Shown in pieces: positions 62,007-64,000 of a DNA stretch of 64,000 nucleotides (its first letter is position 1; each line of letters begins with the position of its first letter). Under the pieces are notes generated by a model, which was not told where the DNA came from, did no database searches, and worked only from the letters and a program-made list of their open reading frames with translations. Where the stretch lies: assembly GCF_024700885.2 (NCBI RefSeq), contig NZ_CP117014.1. One strand, written 5' to 3'. A program made the position numbers and the translations under genes. Source of the DNA: Escherichia coli (lineage in GTDB: Bacteria; Pseudomonadota; Gammaproteobacteria; Enterobacterales; Enterobacteriaceae).

Positions 62007-63962
62007 TTAGGCCGCATCGGCGATTATTTTACGCAGTTCATCTACCGAGTAACGCGTAGATACCATCCATGCAGGACGGTCAAAGTTCACATCAGCAACC
62101 GGGTTTGCTTCAAAATTCCAGAAACGTCCGCCAATCTTCTTAATCGCGTCTTTGGCGTTCCGTATTGTCGAGGAACCTGGTTGGTCGGCAATGAGATAAA
62201 CCGCGCCAACGTCCTCGCTGACGCTCCACCAGCGCCCGCGAACACGCGCCTTAGCGCGAATCGGCTTATCATTAACCACAATGATATAGTCATCATTCGC
62301 CGCTTCATCAGCTCTGGCTTCAGCCACTGCCGCCTGCTCTTCTCTTTTGCTTTCAGCCTGCTCAAGCCTTTCCGCGATCTCTGATTCAGTGGCCCCGCCG
62401 TTTTTCAGCGATACATAGTCCTGCCACGTTGCCGATTTGAGCGTATCCGGCAACTCATTCACATAGTCGCCGTCTTTCAACTCACGGGCGCGGCGGGTAG
62501 CCATTTCTACCAGGCGATTAACAGAAACAGCATCAGCAAAATCGTCCTTACTAATGTGTTTTTCATCAAATGCATTGATGACAGCCCCCACCTTAATCCA
62601 CTGTGCTGCCGGTGATTCCAGGGGGTTATCAGCCTGAACAATGGCGAGTTTCGCTCCATCTACCCCATTATTCGCCAGCTGTTCCAATGCCGCCCATCCA
62701 TCTGCATCACTGAGTGATTTATATTGCTCAAACAATGCATCGCGCCAGGCCACCAGCGCAGAACGTGTTTTTTCGATCTTCGCCTTAATTTTCGCGATCT
62801 TGACCTGATTAAACATCCGTTCAATATCATCGATATTGCTAAAGGCTTTCATCCTGCCCTGGAATAAACGGTATGCCAGCACGGTCCTCCAGAATGATTC
62901 CAGACCTTCTCCGGACGGTTTGCGGAACAAGCTAAGAATATCTTCAGAAGTGACTTTATTAAGCGAACGACCTGACAGACCACGCCCAGCCATCCAGTTT
63001 TCGAACTCATGGGCAACATCATCCATCGTTGCCTGTGCGCCCCATGCCTGCATTCCCTGGGTGTAATCATACCCATACAATGCCTGGAGGAATCCCTCGC
63101 CGTCCACGATATTCAGCGGGTTATCACTGGCTTGTATTTTTGCCACTTCACGCTTCAGCGCCTCGTCGTTGCCATCAGGATATATCCATCGCTCAGGTGC
63201 TATATCCGATGCTCGCCCGATTTTTTGGCCTATCACGCCATCATAGGCCGATGACAGCGCGATCTGACCATCATCTGTGCGATATGCCCAGTATTTAATA
63301 GCTGACCCACCGCCCCATGCATTACCAGGTTTACCAGCAATAACATTCATTACCCCATTGCGAATAGCATCATAGAACTGATCGCGAGTAAGTATTGTTG
63401 ATAGCTGGTGGCACTGAACACCACGCGCAGCCGTTGCGCGCGATTCAGCTACCCCCTCTTCAAAAGTTACCGCTTCAATCACAGAGTCAAACGGCAATGT
63501 AACGATTGACCCCGGTGCTCGAGCGTAACGACTTGCTCTATCCAGCCAGGCGATACGGCAGAGGTATTGTGCTTTTTCACCGTCAATTTTTTCCACCCGG
63601 ACAATCGCTGTTGTTTCGCGATCATCAATGACTGCACGGTAATAACTACCTTTATGCAACAGGATATTCTTGTCAGTGCGCATATATTCCTGTGGGTTCT
63701 GAATAACATCGATACTGATATCCAGCACACCAGACTTAATAGCGCGCTCCACCTCACCACGAGAGCGTTTCATTATGGTATCCGCGTCTTTTGCCCTGGT
63801 GATCGCAAACCGCAGCACCCGCGCACGTTTTCTGTAGCTACTCAACTGCTCAAGCGCGTATTTTTGCCCATTCCTGTTCGTACCCGCTTTTATCAGGTCG
63901 TCAAGATTGCGCTGGTAATACTCTATCTGTTCCATCGCGCTTTTCAGTTCTGTCTCCATCAT
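62007..63962 (-). CDS. large hypothetical protein
   Basis: 651-aa ORF with no motif recognised. The upstream gene runs off the window end. Confidence 0.45.
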   Translation of the reverse strand: MMETELKSAMEQIEYYQRNLDDLIKAGTNRNGQKYALEQLSSYRKRARVLRFAITRAKDADTIMKRSRGEVERAIKSGVLDISIDVIQNPQEYMRTDKNILLHKGSYYRAVIDDRETTAIVRVEKIDGEKAQYLCRIAWLDRASRYARAPGSIVTLPFDSVIEAVTFEEGVAESRATAARGVQCHQLSTILTRDQFYDAIRNGVMNVIAGKPGNAWGGGSAIKYWAYRTDDGQIALSSAYDGVIGQKIGRASDIAPERWIYPDGNDEALKREVAKIQASDNPLNIVDGEGFLQALYGYDYTQGMQAWGAQATMDDVAHEFENWMAGRGLSGRSLNKVTSEDILSLFRKPSGEGLESFWRTVLAYRLFQGRMKAFSNIDDIERMFNQVKIAKIKAKIEKTRSALVAWRDALFEQYKSLSDADGWAALEQLANNGVDGAKLAIVQADNPLESPAAQWIKVGAVINAFDEKHISKDDFADAVSVNRLVEMATRRARELKDGDYVNELPDTLKSATWQDYVSLKNGGATESEIAERLEQAESKREEQAAVAEARADEAANDDYIIVVNDKPIRAKARVRGRWWSVSEDVGAVYLIADQPGSSTIRNAKDAIKKIGGRFWNFEANPVADVNFDRPAWMVSTRYSVDELRKIIADAA

Positions 63963-64000
63963 GCCGATATCTTTTCCGGCGGCGTTTGCCGCTTTCAGGT

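Overview
This window looks like part of a P1-family circular plasmid prophage (phage-plasmid) of the phage D6 type. All calls rest on reading the ORF translations and DNA by eye and on remembered family signatures. No searches or computations were run.

Evidence for the D6-type identification:
- A P1-type RepA gene (1-861) is followed by incA-like iterons.
- A Cre-family recombinase matches, from memory, the Dre recombinase of D6. An exact 32-bp rox site (TAACTTTAAATAATGCCAATTATTTAAAGTTA) lies 150 bp upstream of it at 50182-50213.
- P1-type PacA/PacB, Ref, HumD, Phd/Doc, a fused C5/N6 DNA methyltransferase, and an immI-like small-ORF/antirepressor operon are also present.

Other content:
- Myovirus virion genes: putative major capsid, Ig-like protein, sheath, tube, spike, hub, PAAR tip.
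- An overlapped spanin pair.
- Two partition systems: R1-type parMRC and a small ParA/RHH pair.
- A full-length host-like glnS, rdgC, higBA, dUTPase and a VRR-NUC nuclease.
- A long plus-strand block of mosaic Ea22-like early genes.
- Five minus-strand tRNA genes (Ile2-CAU, Ser-UGA, Thr-UGU, Tyr-GUA, Arg-UCU) inside a ~3-kb segment with no credible ORF that is dense in hairpins.

Most interesting observations:
1. A visibly AT-rich, translationally coupled three-gene cassette (27556-29548, minus strand). It encodes a small helical protein, a soluble M48-like HExxH/ExxAD/THPxxxxR metalloprotease and a Dcd-type (dUTPase-fold) dCTP-deaminase homolog. I propose it as a candidate undescribed nucleotide-depletion defence or toxin module.
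2. A family of box-plus-hairpin RNA-like elements, with compensatory changes, interleaved with the tRNAs.
3. A terminase large-subunit ATPase paralog with destroyed Walker A/B motifs and no nuclease domain.
4. Two DUF2829 (Tad2-family-like) proteins.
5. A recurring operator-like dyad, GTTAGA-N16-TCTAAC / TTAGTTTTCTAACA, in front of early operons.
6. A dnaX-type A_AAA_AAG slippery heptamer at the capsid gene stop codon.
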